Source: an uncultured virus (IMG/VR IMGVR_UViG_3300026549_002477) (lineage: Duplodnaviria > Heunggongvirae > Uroviricota > Caudoviricetes). From it: a stretch of DNA of 64,000 bases. The notes under the pieces are model-generated. The model searched no databases and was not told the DNA's origin. It saw only the letters and a list, made by a program, of their open reading frames with translations. The position numbers and the translations under genes were made by a program. Positions 19,298-29,012 of the stretch are shown here, piece after piece (the first letter of the stretch is position 1; every line of letters starts with the position of its first letter). The stretch lies in the IMG/VR virus record IMGVR_UViG_3300026549_002477; one strand, given 5' to 3'.

Positions 19298-21082
19298 ATG
19301 GCTGTTAGAGATTTAACAGGACAAAAATTCTACGAATGGACAGTTTTAAAAGAGCTGGGTAGCGGAAAAGTTCATGTTAGATGCTCTTGTGGCATAGAAA
19401 AAGACATTTATAAAAAAGCTTTACTTGAAGGTAGATCAAAGTCTTGTGGACATGATAAACATAAGAACTTAGTTGGACAACACTTTGGTGAGTGGACAGT
19501 GCTTGAAGATTTAGGTAATGATACTCTGAAATGTCAATGTTCTTGTGGCAAAATAAAGGATGTAAACAGAAGGTCTATTATATATGGTAAATCAAAATCT
19601 TGTGGTTGCCATGGAAAATATAGAAAAGCTGAAGCTAAGAAAATGGCTTACAAAAGTTATAAAGAGAGAGCCATAACTGAGAGTAAAACTTATAAAGCTA
19701 TAGGTAAGACATATGGATACCTGACAGTCATAGACAGAGTTGATAAAGACAGAGTAAAGTGTAGATGTATCTGTGGAAATATTAAAATTGAGTATTTAAT
19801 GCATCTTGAAGCTGGAAATATTAAGTCATGTGGATGCATGCGTAATGAATTAAGAAGCCAATCTATTGAGAATAGAAAGTTAAGCCATATAGGTGAGAAA
19901 TATGGGTATTGGACAATAGTTGGCTTGGACTCTAAAAACAGAGAAGGCTATTATCATTGTAAATGCCTTTGTGGAAACGAAAACGATGTAGCTTTTAATT
20001 ATTTACGTAACGGAATATCAAAATCATGTGGATGTAAAGTAGCTGAAAATAGAAATAAAGCTATGATGCAATTATATGGTGAGATAGCTTCAAATAGAAT
20101 AGATAATCCACGAACAGAATGGCAAATAAACACATTAAATGATAAGAATAAGTTTATAGAATACATTAAATCATTGGGGTATAAACCTACTGGAATTGAA
20201 GAATATATACAAAAAGATTCAAATAAATCATCTTATGAATTAGAATTGTACAATTACATTAAGAGTGTATTACCTAATGAAGAAGTAGAACAAAATGTAA
20301 GAAATGTAATAGACGGTTCAGAGTTAGATATATACATTCAGGATAAAAAGTTAGCAATAGAGTTTGATGGATCTTGGTGGCACAGTGAAAATTTTTTAAA
20401 ACCTGAATATCATTTGGAAAAAACTCTAAAATGCCGAAATGCTGGAATTAGATTGCTCCATATATTCGAGTATGAATGGAATGACACAGTAAAACATGAC
20501 ATATTGATTAATGTTATAAACACGGCTCTAGGTATTAATCATGTAATATATGGAAGAGAAACACAGATAGCTTTTGTTACAAATAACGATGCAGTTGATT
20601 TTTTAAACACTAATCATTTACAGGGGGCTGTAAAGTCTCCATATAAACTTGGATTATATAAAGGTAATGAATTAGTAGCTTTAATGACTGTAAACAAACC
20701 AAGATTTGATAAAGAGTATGATTGTGAAATTACTAGATACTGTGTTAAAGGAAATTATACAGTTGTTGGTGGGTTTAATAAGCTATTTAAGTATTTTGTA
20801 GATAATAATGAAGTACAAACGGTGCTAAGTTATGCAGACATAGCAAAATTTAGCGGAAATATGTATAATGGAGCTGGTTTTACATCTACTGGGTTAACTA
20901 AACCTGGGTATTACTGGGTTAAAGGCAATACATATTTGAATAGATATAAGACACAAAAATCAGAGCTTGTAAAAAATGGTTATGGTACAGAAGATATGAC
21001 TGAAATACAGATTATGAAAAGCTTAGGATTTTTTAGAGTTTATGATTGTGGCAATGAGAAATATGTTTGGAATAGAAAATAA
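19298..21082 (+). CDS. Free-standing homing-endonuclease-like protein (Hef-like): 4 Cys-rich repeats, Vsr/DUF559-like nuclease and Mom-like GNAT domain
   Basis: 4 x G..F/Y..(W/L)TV...CxCG...G..KSCG; ELDIY..KKLAIEFDGSWWH; HLQG...EITRY...SYAD...G.MY..AGF. Confidence 0.72.
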   Translation: MAVRDLTGQKFYEWTVLKELGSGKVHVRCSCGIEKDIYKKALLEGRSKSCGHDKHKNLVGQHFGEWTVLEDLGNDTLKCQCSCGKIKDVNRRSIIYGKSKSCGCHGKYRKAEAKKMAYKSYKERAITESKTYKAIGKTYGYLTVIDRVDKDRVKCRCICGNIKIEYLMHLEAGNIKSCGCMRNELRSQSIENRKLSHIGEKYGYWTIVGLDSKNREGYYHCKCLCGNENDVAFNYLRNGISKSCGCKVAENRNKAMMQLYGEIASNRIDNPRTEWQINTLNDKNKFIEYIKSLGYKPTGIEEYIQKDSNKSSYELELYNYIKSVLPNEEVEQNVRNVIDGSELDIYIQDKKLAIEFDGSWWHSENFLKPEYHLEKTLKCRNAGIRLLHIFEYEWNDTVKHDILINVINTALGINHVIYGRETQIAFVTNNDAVDFLNTNHLQGAVKSPYKLGLYKGNELVALMTVNKPRFDKEYDCEITRYCVKGNYTVVGGFNKLFKYFVDNNEVQTVLSYADIAKFSGNMYNGAGFTSTGLTKPGYYWVKGNTYLNRYKTQKSELVKNGYGTEDMTEIQIMKSLGFFRVYDCGNEKYVWNRK

Positions 21083-21189
21083 GTAAATGTACATTTGAAT
21101 TGTATATGAACTAATAAGAGTTCTGATAGTACATTAAATAATACAGCAAGTGAATGGATTATTAGATAAAATTAAAAATGGAGGCTTAA

Positions 21190-22701
21190 ATGACTAACAA
21201 AGAACTTTTGGAATACCAGACACAACGAGGTGCAAAAATCGGAGATGCTGGTGATTCTAATACAAGAACTTTACAGGCAGTTTTAAATGACTGTCGTAAG
21301 AGAATTGAGGAAGAAAGTCCTAAGTATCGTGATCTTGATATAAATGCTAAGAAAGCTATGATTCATCAGATAATAGTTGACTTTGTTATGGATACAAAGC
21401 CAATGGTTGAAGGATACATAGATGGTGAAAATAGATCAGATACTAGAAAACTTGTAGATGCTTTGGTTGCAGATATTACAGATTATGGTATTCTTACACA
21501 AGCAATGCAAGATGATGATGTATTTGAAATCCGTTCAAACGGACGTGAAATAAAGGCAGAAGTTAAGGGTCATGTAGATGATCTTAAGGATAAAGAGGGC
21601 AAAATACTTAGGTTTAGTACTCCTGAACAGCAGGAAATTATTCTTAAGAAGTTGCTCGGTGATGTAAGATTAACAAAGGCAGCAGCTCTTGTTAATGGTA
21701 TTACTATTGAAGGTTACCGTATTGCAGCTGTTCACAGTTCAGCAATGTCAGATGATCCTAATGATCCAACGGCACCGAAGTTTAATTCTTTTGTTTTAAG
21801 AAAGTTCCATAAAACTAAGTTAAAACTTGGTGATATCGTTAAATTTCATACAATGAGCGATAACATGGCACGTACATTAGCCTTGTCAGTTGCAGGTGGT
21901 CTAACCTTCTTTACAGTAGGGCCGACTGCATCAGGAAAAACTACTACAAACAATGCTATACTTCAGTCAGTTCCACCTTATTTAAGAACTGTTATTATTC
22001 AGAACCCTTCAGAAATTGATCTTCGTATGAAGACTGCTGATGGACGTATGTATAATGATGTTCTGCATTTGGAAGCTAGAGATGTTATAAATCCTACTCC
22101 AAATGATCCTACAATGACAAACTTGATTAACCATACTTTGAGACTTTCACCTTCACTTGTGTGCTTAGGTGAAATTCGTGATAATAAAGAGTTTAAGGAA
22201 GCAACTCGTATTCTTCAAGCTGGACACCCTATCAATACTACATTCCACGCTGAGTCTAGTGAGGGTGCTATTCGAAGATACTTAACTGCTTATCTTGCTG
22301 AATCTGGTAATGAACCATCTGATCTAGCATTAAGAGAAATTACAGAACTTGTTAATCTCATTATTGTACAGAGAATAATGGCTGATGGAACTCGTAAAGT
22401 TCTTCAGATTTCTGAAGTATTGGGTGTTGACCCTGAAGATAGAAATAGACCATTGCTTAATGATTTGTATAGATTTGTTGTTGATGAGGAGCCTGAGACA
22501 GATGATGAAGGTAACGTTATAAAAATTCATGGTCATCACCATAGGGTAGGTACATTATCACAGAAGACTATTGATAGATTCAAGCTTCAGGGTATTTCTT
22601 CTAAGAGATATGATTTTCTTACTAAAGAAGTAAATGAGTTTGAAGTTGAAACTTATACTGGTACTAATATTGATCATTATGGAATTAATTCCAGCAATTA
22701 A
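21190..22701 (+). CDS. tadA: CpaF/TadA pilus assembly ATPase
   Basis: YGIL...DDDVFEI, LRKF, GPTASGKTT, LRLSP...GEIRD, GH...TFHA and RKVLQISEV. Confidence 0.88.
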   Translation: MTNKELLEYQTQRGAKIGDAGDSNTRTLQAVLNDCRKRIEEESPKYRDLDINAKKAMIHQIIVDFVMDTKPMVEGYIDGENRSDTRKLVDALVADITDYGILTQAMQDDDVFEIRSNGREIKAEVKGHVDDLKDKEGKILRFSTPEQQEIILKKLLGDVRLTKAAALVNGITIEGYRIAAVHSSAMSDDPNDPTAPKFNSFVLRKFHKTKLKLGDIVKFHTMSDNMARTLALSVAGGLTFFTVGPTASGKTTTNNAILQSVPPYLRTVIIQNPSEIDLRMKTADGRMYNDVLHLEARDVINPTPNDPTMTNLINHTLRLSPSLVCLGEIRDNKEFKEATRILQAGHPINTTFHAESSEGAIRRYLTAYLAESGNEPSDLALREITELVNLIIVQRIMADGTRKVLQISEVLGVDPEDRNRPLLNDLYRFVVDEEPETDDEGNVIKIHGHHHRVGTLSQKTIDRFKLQGISSKRYDFLTKEVNEFEVETYTGTNIDHYGINSSN

Positions 22702-22735
22702 AGTTGAATTCATATAGGATTGGAGATAAGAGGCT

Positions 22736-23731
22736 ATGCAGTCTATATTTTCAAGATTGGGCACTGTAAGTGGTGCAGTACCCGTAGCAATATTCTTCAT
22801 AATTTTAACTGGTATGTTGATCATAGTGAGGATGACCAATTTACCAATAGTAGAATTAGTCAGAAGATTTTTTAAGATTATAGCAAATTGGTTTAGTGGG
22901 GCTGTCAATAAGCAAGAGACAAACTACCACAGAGATTTAGCTATAGGTAAACTAGATAAGACAAGGAAGACAGTTAAACTGTATGGTTTCTTAAATGATC
23001 TTATAATAGATCTTGGTTGGGCACATACAGGAATAACACCATTTGAACTGTTATGGATCATAATATTCATCTGCTTCGTTGCTTGTACAATTGCTTGCAA
23101 GCTGCTATTTAATTCTTTTGCAATGGTATTAATTATCGGGCCTATTGTAACAGTTGGTACATTCTGTGTGTTATATACAAAAGCAAATATAGCACATGAT
23201 GAACGTATTGAAGCAGTTATTGAAGCAGAAAATATTGTTTGTAACAATATTAAGGAAGGTGTTCTTGTAGCTGTAAGAGAGTCATTAAATAGTATGCCTA
23301 GATCTGTTAGACCAGCTTTTAAAGATTTCGTTGATAATGTTGAAAATGAAAACTATCATATCAAAACAGCTTTGCTTGAGTTAAATGGAAAACTTGGTGG
23401 AGTTGCAGATGATTTCATTAAAAAGTGTATAGTATTTGAGACAGAAGAGGAACATGGTATTGCTGGTATGTTCCAGGATATAGTTCAGATAAACAACCAG
23501 AACCTTCAGTTACGTATTATTGAAAAAAGACATTTTGAAACAGTTAAGCAGCAATTTATAATTGGTGCTAGCATGATTTTCATATTCCTTGCAGGTATTC
23601 TTGTTATATATCCAGATATAAGAAAATGGTATTTAACAACTGCCCTTGGCAGAATTTTACTCAGTATTGATTTGCTTATAATCATTGGTGAGTTTGTTTA
23701 TATCACATATTTGAGAGCTAAGGAACTCTAA
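22736..23731 (+). CDS. tadB: TadB-like pilus platform membrane protein
   Basis: TM - soluble - TM pair topology directly after tadA. Confidence 0.62.
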   Translation: MQSIFSRLGTVSGAVPVAIFFIILTGMLIIVRMTNLPIVELVRRFFKIIANWFSGAVNKQETNYHRDLAIGKLDKTRKTVKLYGFLNDLIIDLGWAHTGITPFELLWIIIFICFVACTIACKLLFNSFAMVLIIGPIVTVGTFCVLYTKANIAHDERIEAVIEAENIVCNNIKEGVLVAVRESLNSMPRSVRPAFKDFVDNVENENYHIKTALLELNGKLGGVADDFIKKCIVFETEEEHGIAGMFQDIVQINNQNLQLRIIEKRHFETVKQQFIIGASMIFIFLAGILVIYPDIRKWYLTTALGRILLSIDLLIIIGEFVYITYLRAKEL

Positions 23732-23828
23732 TAGAATGCCATATTCAAAGAATATAACTGGACAAAGATTTGGAAAGGAACTCTAATAGAATGCCATATT
23801 CAAAGAACATAACTGGACAAAGATTTGG
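23720..23828 (+). repeat. Tandem duplication of 54 bp (period 55, one mismatch) spanning the tadB stop and the start of endonuclease gene 2
   Basis: AAGGAACTCTAATAGAATGCCATATTCAAAGAA(T/C)ATAACTGGACAAAGATTTGG at 23720 and 23775. Confidence 0.95.
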
Positions 23829-25587
23829 GCACTGGACAGTATTGAATGATCCAGGAGGTCAAAAAGCATTATGCAGATGTGATTGTGGGAATGAAAGATG
23901 GGTTTGGAAGTCTCATTTACGCCGTGGGGATTCAACTTCTTGTGGGTGTGATAAGTACAAAAAGATGCATCCAGTAGTTGATGATTTAACAGGACAGAGA
24001 TTTGGTAGGCTAGTAGTTTTAGAAGAACTTGGCGGCGGCAAAATTAAATGTAAATGTGATTGTGGGACAGTAAGGGTATTTGATAAAGTATCTGTTAAAG
24101 GTGGTATAACAAGATCTTGTGGATGTTTGAAGCAAGAAAAAATAAGAGAAGTAAAGAATGATTTAACTGGACAAAGATTTAATGAATGGACAGTCATAGA
24201 AGAATTAGGTGGAAACAAAGTTCTAGCTAGATGTTCTTGTGGAAAAGTAGCTGAACTCTGGAAGTCTCATTTAATTAAAGGCGATACTAAGTCTTGTGGA
24301 CATGAAAGAAACTTAGTAGGAAAACAATTCGGATCTTGGACAGTATTAGAGGAACTCGGTGGTGGACTGGTAAAGTGCAAATGTGAGTGTGGAAACATAA
24401 GGAATGTTTATAAGGAAACTTTACTTGATGGATCATCAAAATCTTGTGGTTGTAAACAAATTGAAAATAGACAAGATACTCTGATGAAAATATATGGTGA
24501 TCCAAGTTCAAGAAGAACAAACAATCCAAGAAAAGATTACCAAATTAAAGCTACAAAATCAGCTGAAGAATTTAAGAAATACATAACAAGTTATGATCAT
24601 AAGCCAACATTAAATGAATTATCTAAAGATTTGGATATTACAGTTGCATTTGTTGGAAGATTAATACATAAAAATCAGCTTGAAGAATTTGTAGATATAT
24701 TTCCAGATAAATCAGTTGGCGAAAAAGAGCTATTTGAATTTTTGAGTAGCATATATAGTGGGAGGATAGTTCAAAATACACGGCAGGTTATACCACCATA
24801 TGAATTGGATGCATATTTACCAGAAAAACACATAGCATTTGAATTTAATGGAAATTATTGGCACTCTGAAGCTATACATGATACTTTTTATCATCAAGAA
24901 AAAACTTTAGCGGCTATTAAGAATAATATTCATTTAATACATATATTTGAGTATGAGTGGGAAGATCAAGAAACTAAAGATAAATTAAAAAATTACATTA
25001 AAGATATAATAGGTAACAATAATACTGTGTTATATGCTAGAAATTGTAGTATTAAAGAATTAGATAGCAATACAGCATCTGATTTTTGTAATAAGTATCA
25101 TCTTCAAGGTTATGCTAATGCTTCTATTAATATAGGATTATATTATGCAAATGAATTAGTTGGGATCATGACTTTTGGTACTCCTAGATTTGGAAGTGAG
25201 TATCAATATGAATTGATAAGGTTATGCTGGAAATCTGGATATAGCATAGTTGGTGGAGCAGAAAAACTATTCAAATATTTTATTAGTAAATACAGTCCAG
25301 ATAATATAGTTAGCTACTGTGATGTAAGCAAGTTTACAGGTAGGGTATATACAAAACTAGGGTTTAGGTTAGCTGATAATAAACTGACACATCCAAATTA
25401 TGTGTGGATAAGAGGAAAAGTAGCATTGAGTAGATATCAGACTCAAAAGAGTAAGTTAATCAAGTATAAATTGGATGCATTTGGCGATACAGAAGATGAC
25501 ATTATGCATAACATTGGGTTTTATAAAGTCTATAATTGTGGAAATTTAAAATTTGTTTACAACAAACAAGAAGGTAATAAACTATGA
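23791..25587 (+). CDS. Second Hef-like protein: 4 Cys-rich repeats, HTH-like segment, Vsr/DUF559-like nuclease and Mom-like GNAT domain
   Basis: Paralog of 19298..21082; ELDAYLPEKHIAFEFNGNYWH; HLQG, ELIRLC and SYCD; stop overlaps the next ATG (ATGA). Confidence 0.72.
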   Translation: MPYSKNITGQRFGHWTVLNDPGGQKALCRCDCGNERWVWKSHLRRGDSTSCGCDKYKKMHPVVDDLTGQRFGRLVVLEELGGGKIKCKCDCGTVRVFDKVSVKGGITRSCGCLKQEKIREVKNDLTGQRFNEWTVIEELGGNKVLARCSCGKVAELWKSHLIKGDTKSCGHERNLVGKQFGSWTVLEELGGGLVKCKCECGNIRNVYKETLLDGSSKSCGCKQIENRQDTLMKIYGDPSSRRTNNPRKDYQIKATKSAEEFKKYITSYDHKPTLNELSKDLDITVAFVGRLIHKNQLEEFVDIFPDKSVGEKELFEFLSSIYSGRIVQNTRQVIPPYELDAYLPEKHIAFEFNGNYWHSEAIHDTFYHQEKTLAAIKNNIHLIHIFEYEWEDQETKDKLKNYIKDIIGNNNTVLYARNCSIKELDSNTASDFCNKYHLQGYANASINIGLYYANELVGIMTFGTPRFGSEYQYELIRLCWKSGYSIVGGAEKLFKYFISKYSPDNIVSYCDVSKFTGRVYTKLGFRLADNKLTHPNYVWIRGKVALSRYQTQKSKLIKYKLDAFGDTEDDIMHNIGFYKVYNCGNLKFVYNKQEGNKL

Positions 25588-26648
25588 AAGTTGAATATGG
25601 TACCGGTGGTGGTGAAATATTACAATACATAGGAAAAAGTCCAGACAGTGAAAATTGGTATCAAACATTAAATAAAGATGCCATGAGACAACTAGCTATG
25701 ATACCTTATGTTAAGGGTATCATTATATGTCTGGCTATTGTACTTGCTACTATTGTGATATTTAAGATCTTCTCTATAAGAAGTATAACACATGGAAAAG
25801 CAATAAATAATGAGTTAAAATATTTAAGTGCAGTAAAGAAAAAAGAAGATCAGGTATTGCAAGCTAATAAATTTATGAAATCAACTACTAGCATAGTTGA
25901 GCATACAAATTTGAGATTGGCTAAATCTTATGTAGATTACTGGACTTATAATCTTGAGAGAGCAAATATAAGAATACCTGGTGGATCAAGAGTAATGACT
26001 GCCCAGGAATTTAATGCACTTATAAGATTTTTTGAAGCAGTCATAGCAATAGCTAGCCTACTTATATTAATATTCTTAAATGCACCTGCTGGATTCTTAC
26101 TTTTAATTATGGACATCCTGTTTTCAAATACACTTCCAATGATGTTTATAAGAGCAAGTGTTAAGGATAAGGATTCAGAGATAGTTAGAAACTTTGCAGA
26201 TTTTTACTTGATGCTGCATTACGTTCTTTTAACAAGCGCAAGTACTCCATTAAGTGGTGTCATTAAATCTTATGATAAAACTACTGAGAGTACTGAAATG
26301 CATAGATTTGTAGACTGTTGTATTCATTATATAGATACATATGGTGAATATGATGCCACTAAATACATTTCAAGACAGTATAGAGAAGTTCCACAAGTAA
26401 CAAAACTAATGAGACTTATAAGACAGGCTAATGAAGGCGGCGATATTAGAGAAGAGCTTATAGGATTCAGGAATCAATTACTTGAAGCTAGAGCAGCAGA
26501 AATGGAAAAGAGAATGAACAAGATGGTTGCTAAAGCACAGCGTTCTTTCTCATTTACACTAACTCCAGTTCTTTTCCAGGCTATCATAAGTGCCATGATG
26601 GTTTATATTGGAGATCTTGGAATGGTTAAGGGACTATTAAATACTTAA
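25584..26648 (+). CDS. tadC: TadC-like pilus platform membrane protein
   Basis: LERANI..., TM pair, DFYLML, LIRQANEGGDIREEL and a C-terminal TM; position in the operon. Confidence 0.62.
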   Translation: MKVEYGTGGGEILQYIGKSPDSENWYQTLNKDAMRQLAMIPYVKGIIICLAIVLATIVIFKIFSIRSITHGKAINNELKYLSAVKKKEDQVLQANKFMKSTTSIVEHTNLRLAKSYVDYWTYNLERANIRIPGGSRVMTAQEFNALIRFFEAVIAIASLLILIFLNAPAGFLLLIMDILFSNTLPMMFIRASVKDKDSEIVRNFADFYLMLHYVLLTSASTPLSGVIKSYDKTTESTEMHRFVDCCIHYIDTYGEYDATKYISRQYREVPQVTKLMRLIRQANEGGDIREELIGFRNQLLEARAAEMEKRMNKMVAKAQRSFSFTLTPVLFQAIISAMMVYIGDLGMVKGLLNT

Positions 26649-26847
26649 AGAGCAGTAAAAATTATGTCATAGACATATAAAATGACATTAGTATTATTAG
26701 ATTTTAAATTTTAAAAAGTTTAGTAACAGATGTTTATGTAATCATAAATGTGGTAAGCTGATAAGCATAATTTAGAGTATAAAGTTAACGAAAAAACATA
26801 TTAAATAAAAAGCAAAGGATAATTAATTTTTGGAGGTAATTTAAATT

Positions 26848-27141
26848 ATGTCTGGAACAGTGAAGAACATATTCAAGGTGCTCATCATAGCTATCGTCTG
26901 CCTTGTCGTTGGTGCTTTCCTTATCAACGTCTTGGCACCCAACGCTACTAACCAGGTGACTAACGCTATTGAGCAGCAGGTCTGGAAAGCAACTGGTATC
27001 TCTCTTGATCTCAATGGTGATGGTTACACAGGTCAGAATGGTGGTAAGGCTACAGCTGGTGCAAACAGAAGTGATAAGAGTAATACTATTGCTGGTAAAG
27101 GTGGTGGCAATACAGTTACCGGTTTCAGCCGTGACAAATAA
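26848..27141 (+). CDS. Putative major pilin (Flp-like position, non-canonical N-terminus)
   Basis: 97 aa with one N-terminal hydrophobic helix; strong GGAGG RBS; high-expression codon bias; own upstream intergenic region and downstream hairpin. Confidence 0.6.
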   Translation: MSGTVKNIFKVLIIAIVCLVVGAFLINVLAPNATNQVTNAIEQQVWKATGISLDLNGDGYTGQNGGKATAGANRSDKSNTIAGKGGGNTVTGFSRDK

Positions 27142-27186
27142 TAATAGTTCCAATTAAAAACAATAACATAGTAGCAAACAACTAGA

Positions 27187-27238
27187 AAGGATGCCTAGGA
27201 CATGAAAGGTTAGTTAAGTGTCCTAGGCATCTTCTTTT
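27187..27238 (+). terminator. Strong stem-loop (terminator or mRNA stabiliser) after the putative major pilin
   Basis: GATGCCTAGGACA...TGTCCTAGGCATC followed by TTCTTTT. Confidence 0.8.
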
Positions 27239-27267
27239 AGGATCAAAGCAACAAGAGGGAAAAACGT

Positions 27268-27858
27268 ATGTCCGATGAAGTAAAAAATATATTTAAAATT
27301 TTAATAAAAGTGCCGTTAATAATTCTTGTGGCATACCTTGTGCTTAATGCATTTGCATTTGCCTTTGTTTATTTCAAGCTTCTTGGTGCTTCTTATGCAG
27401 TAATGCAGGTTGCTATTGAGAATAATTATTTACCTGACCGCGAATATCAAACTCTTGAAAAATACGTTGAAGATTTTGATAATAATACTGAATTTTTGAG
27501 CGAAGCACATGTTATAACTAGTTCTGATTCAGATGCTACTCATGCAACGCCTGGAAATAATACATCTAGGAAACAGTATGGAGCAACTGTTGTAGTTGGA
27601 GTATCTGCTAAGTATAAGATGATTTGGCCATTAACTTATACACAGACAATACAAGAAGATAGTACTGTAAGTAAAAATCAGCGTACTAATGAAAACATAG
27701 AAGAGGGTTCTGTACCTGGTATAAATTCCGGAAGATCACTTGAGTTTAAGAAGGATGATGATCTTGAAAATGATAGAAAGAAAGCAGCTACAAATCAGAT
27801 GTTCAGGTTTGTCTATACAGTTCCGGGATTAAAGTATTATCCTGATATGAGTTATTAA
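27268..27858 (+). CDS. Putative minor pilin (TadE-like position)
   Basis: N-terminus MSDEVKNIFKIL plus hydrophobic helix, resembling 26848. Confidence 0.5.
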   Translation: MSDEVKNIFKILIKVPLIILVAYLVLNAFAFAFVYFKLLGASYAVMQVAIENNYLPDREYQTLEKYVEDFDNNTEFLSEAHVITSSDSDATHATPGNNTSRKQYGATVVVGVSAKYKMIWPLTYTQTIQEDSTVSKNQRTNENIEEGSVPGINSGRSLEFKKDDDLENDRKKAATNQMFRFVYTVPGLKYYPDMSY

Positions 27859-27882
27859 TTTAAATAAGAGAGGTGATAATAC

Positions 27883-28980
27883 ATGGCGTCATCAGTAAAA
27901 TCAATATTTAAAACTCTCTTAGCAGCAATATTAATACCAATAGCTATATCTTGCATAGTTGAGATGTTTAATGTTAATGTTAACTCAGTTAGATTGAAAC
28001 AGCTGATGAAAACATCTGCATATCATGCATGCGATATATTTGCACAGGAATCTTATAGAAATAATGGCAGTTCGGCAACAGATGTTGTTTATGAAGAACG
28101 AGATGCTAACGGTGGTTTAACTGGAAGTAAAACTGTAGTAATTTCAAGGGATATATTTAATGTTGATTATGATAACATTTATGGTTCGAGTCCTTCATAT
28201 TTAAAATTCCTTGGTGGAGAAGCTCCATATTATTATTCAACAGACGTAATAACTAGTGAGATGGCTAATATAGCTATTGCTGGTACTGAAGAATATGATG
28301 AAAAATATACTCCAACAAACGTTGGTGTACCATATTTTGATGAAGATACAACAAATAATATGTTCAGATGGGCATTAGCTAAGGTTTTATCAAACTGTGA
28401 TGATGATCTTATACAAAAAGATGAATCTGGTGAGTATTATGTAAACTACAATGGGTTTGCAGTTTATTTTATGAGAGCTAAAATTAATCAGTATGATTAT
28501 TATAAGAAAGACTTGAATAATTCTGATGATCGTAAATGGCTCGCAGATACAGTACATTATTTTGATGCTAATTCAGAAGATGTTGGTGTTCTTAATGGTG
28601 TAGATAGTGATGAAAACAATTGGGTTATAGTAGTTGGTGTGGGTTATGAAGTACCAGTTAGATATATTGGAATAACTCCTATTAAGAGAGTATTTGAATT
28701 AGCTTGGAATAGAGAAGTTGCTGGATATAATAAAGATGGTGATACAGCACACAGTGTGACATATGATAATAACACTGGCTGGACAACATCTGGACGTCAA
28801 TATGCTAATCCAAACAGTCCTGATGGTAATTATTATTTTGAAGCAAAAGAAGATAAGATCAATGGTGGTGGTTATAGTGGAACAGGTACAAAAGGTATGA
28901 GTTCCGAAGCAGAGTTTAATGAAATACATCAAAATACATTAGCAACAATTGGTACATTATTCTATACACTTGAAAGATGA
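27883..28980 (+). CDS. Putative minor pilin/tip protein (TadG-like position)
   Basis: N-terminus MASSVKSIFKTL plus hydrophobic helix, then a large soluble domain. Confidence 0.5.
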   Translation: MASSVKSIFKTLLAAILIPIAISCIVEMFNVNVNSVRLKQLMKTSAYHACDIFAQESYRNNGSSATDVVYEERDANGGLTGSKTVVISRDIFNVDYDNIYGSSPSYLKFLGGEAPYYYSTDVITSEMANIAIAGTEEYDEKYTPTNVGVPYFDEDTTNNMFRWALAKVLSNCDDDLIQKDESGEYYVNYNGFAVYFMRAKINQYDYYKKDLNNSDDRKWLADTVHYFDANSEDVGVLNGVDSDENNWVIVVGVGYEVPVRYIGITPIKRVFELAWNREVAGYNKDGDTAHSVTYDNNTGWTTSGRQYANPNSPDGNYYFEAKEDKINGGGYSGTGTKGMSSEAEFNEIHQNTLATIGTLFYTLER

Positions 28981-29012
28981 TTAAGAATTAAAATTTTGGA
29001 GGAAATTAGCAA

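Noticed and set aside
19290..25590. Group I/II introns housing the endonuclease genes
   Set aside because: The flanking tad genes look complete and the intergenic gaps (8, ~107, ~59 nt and an overlap) leave no room for a ribozyme core.
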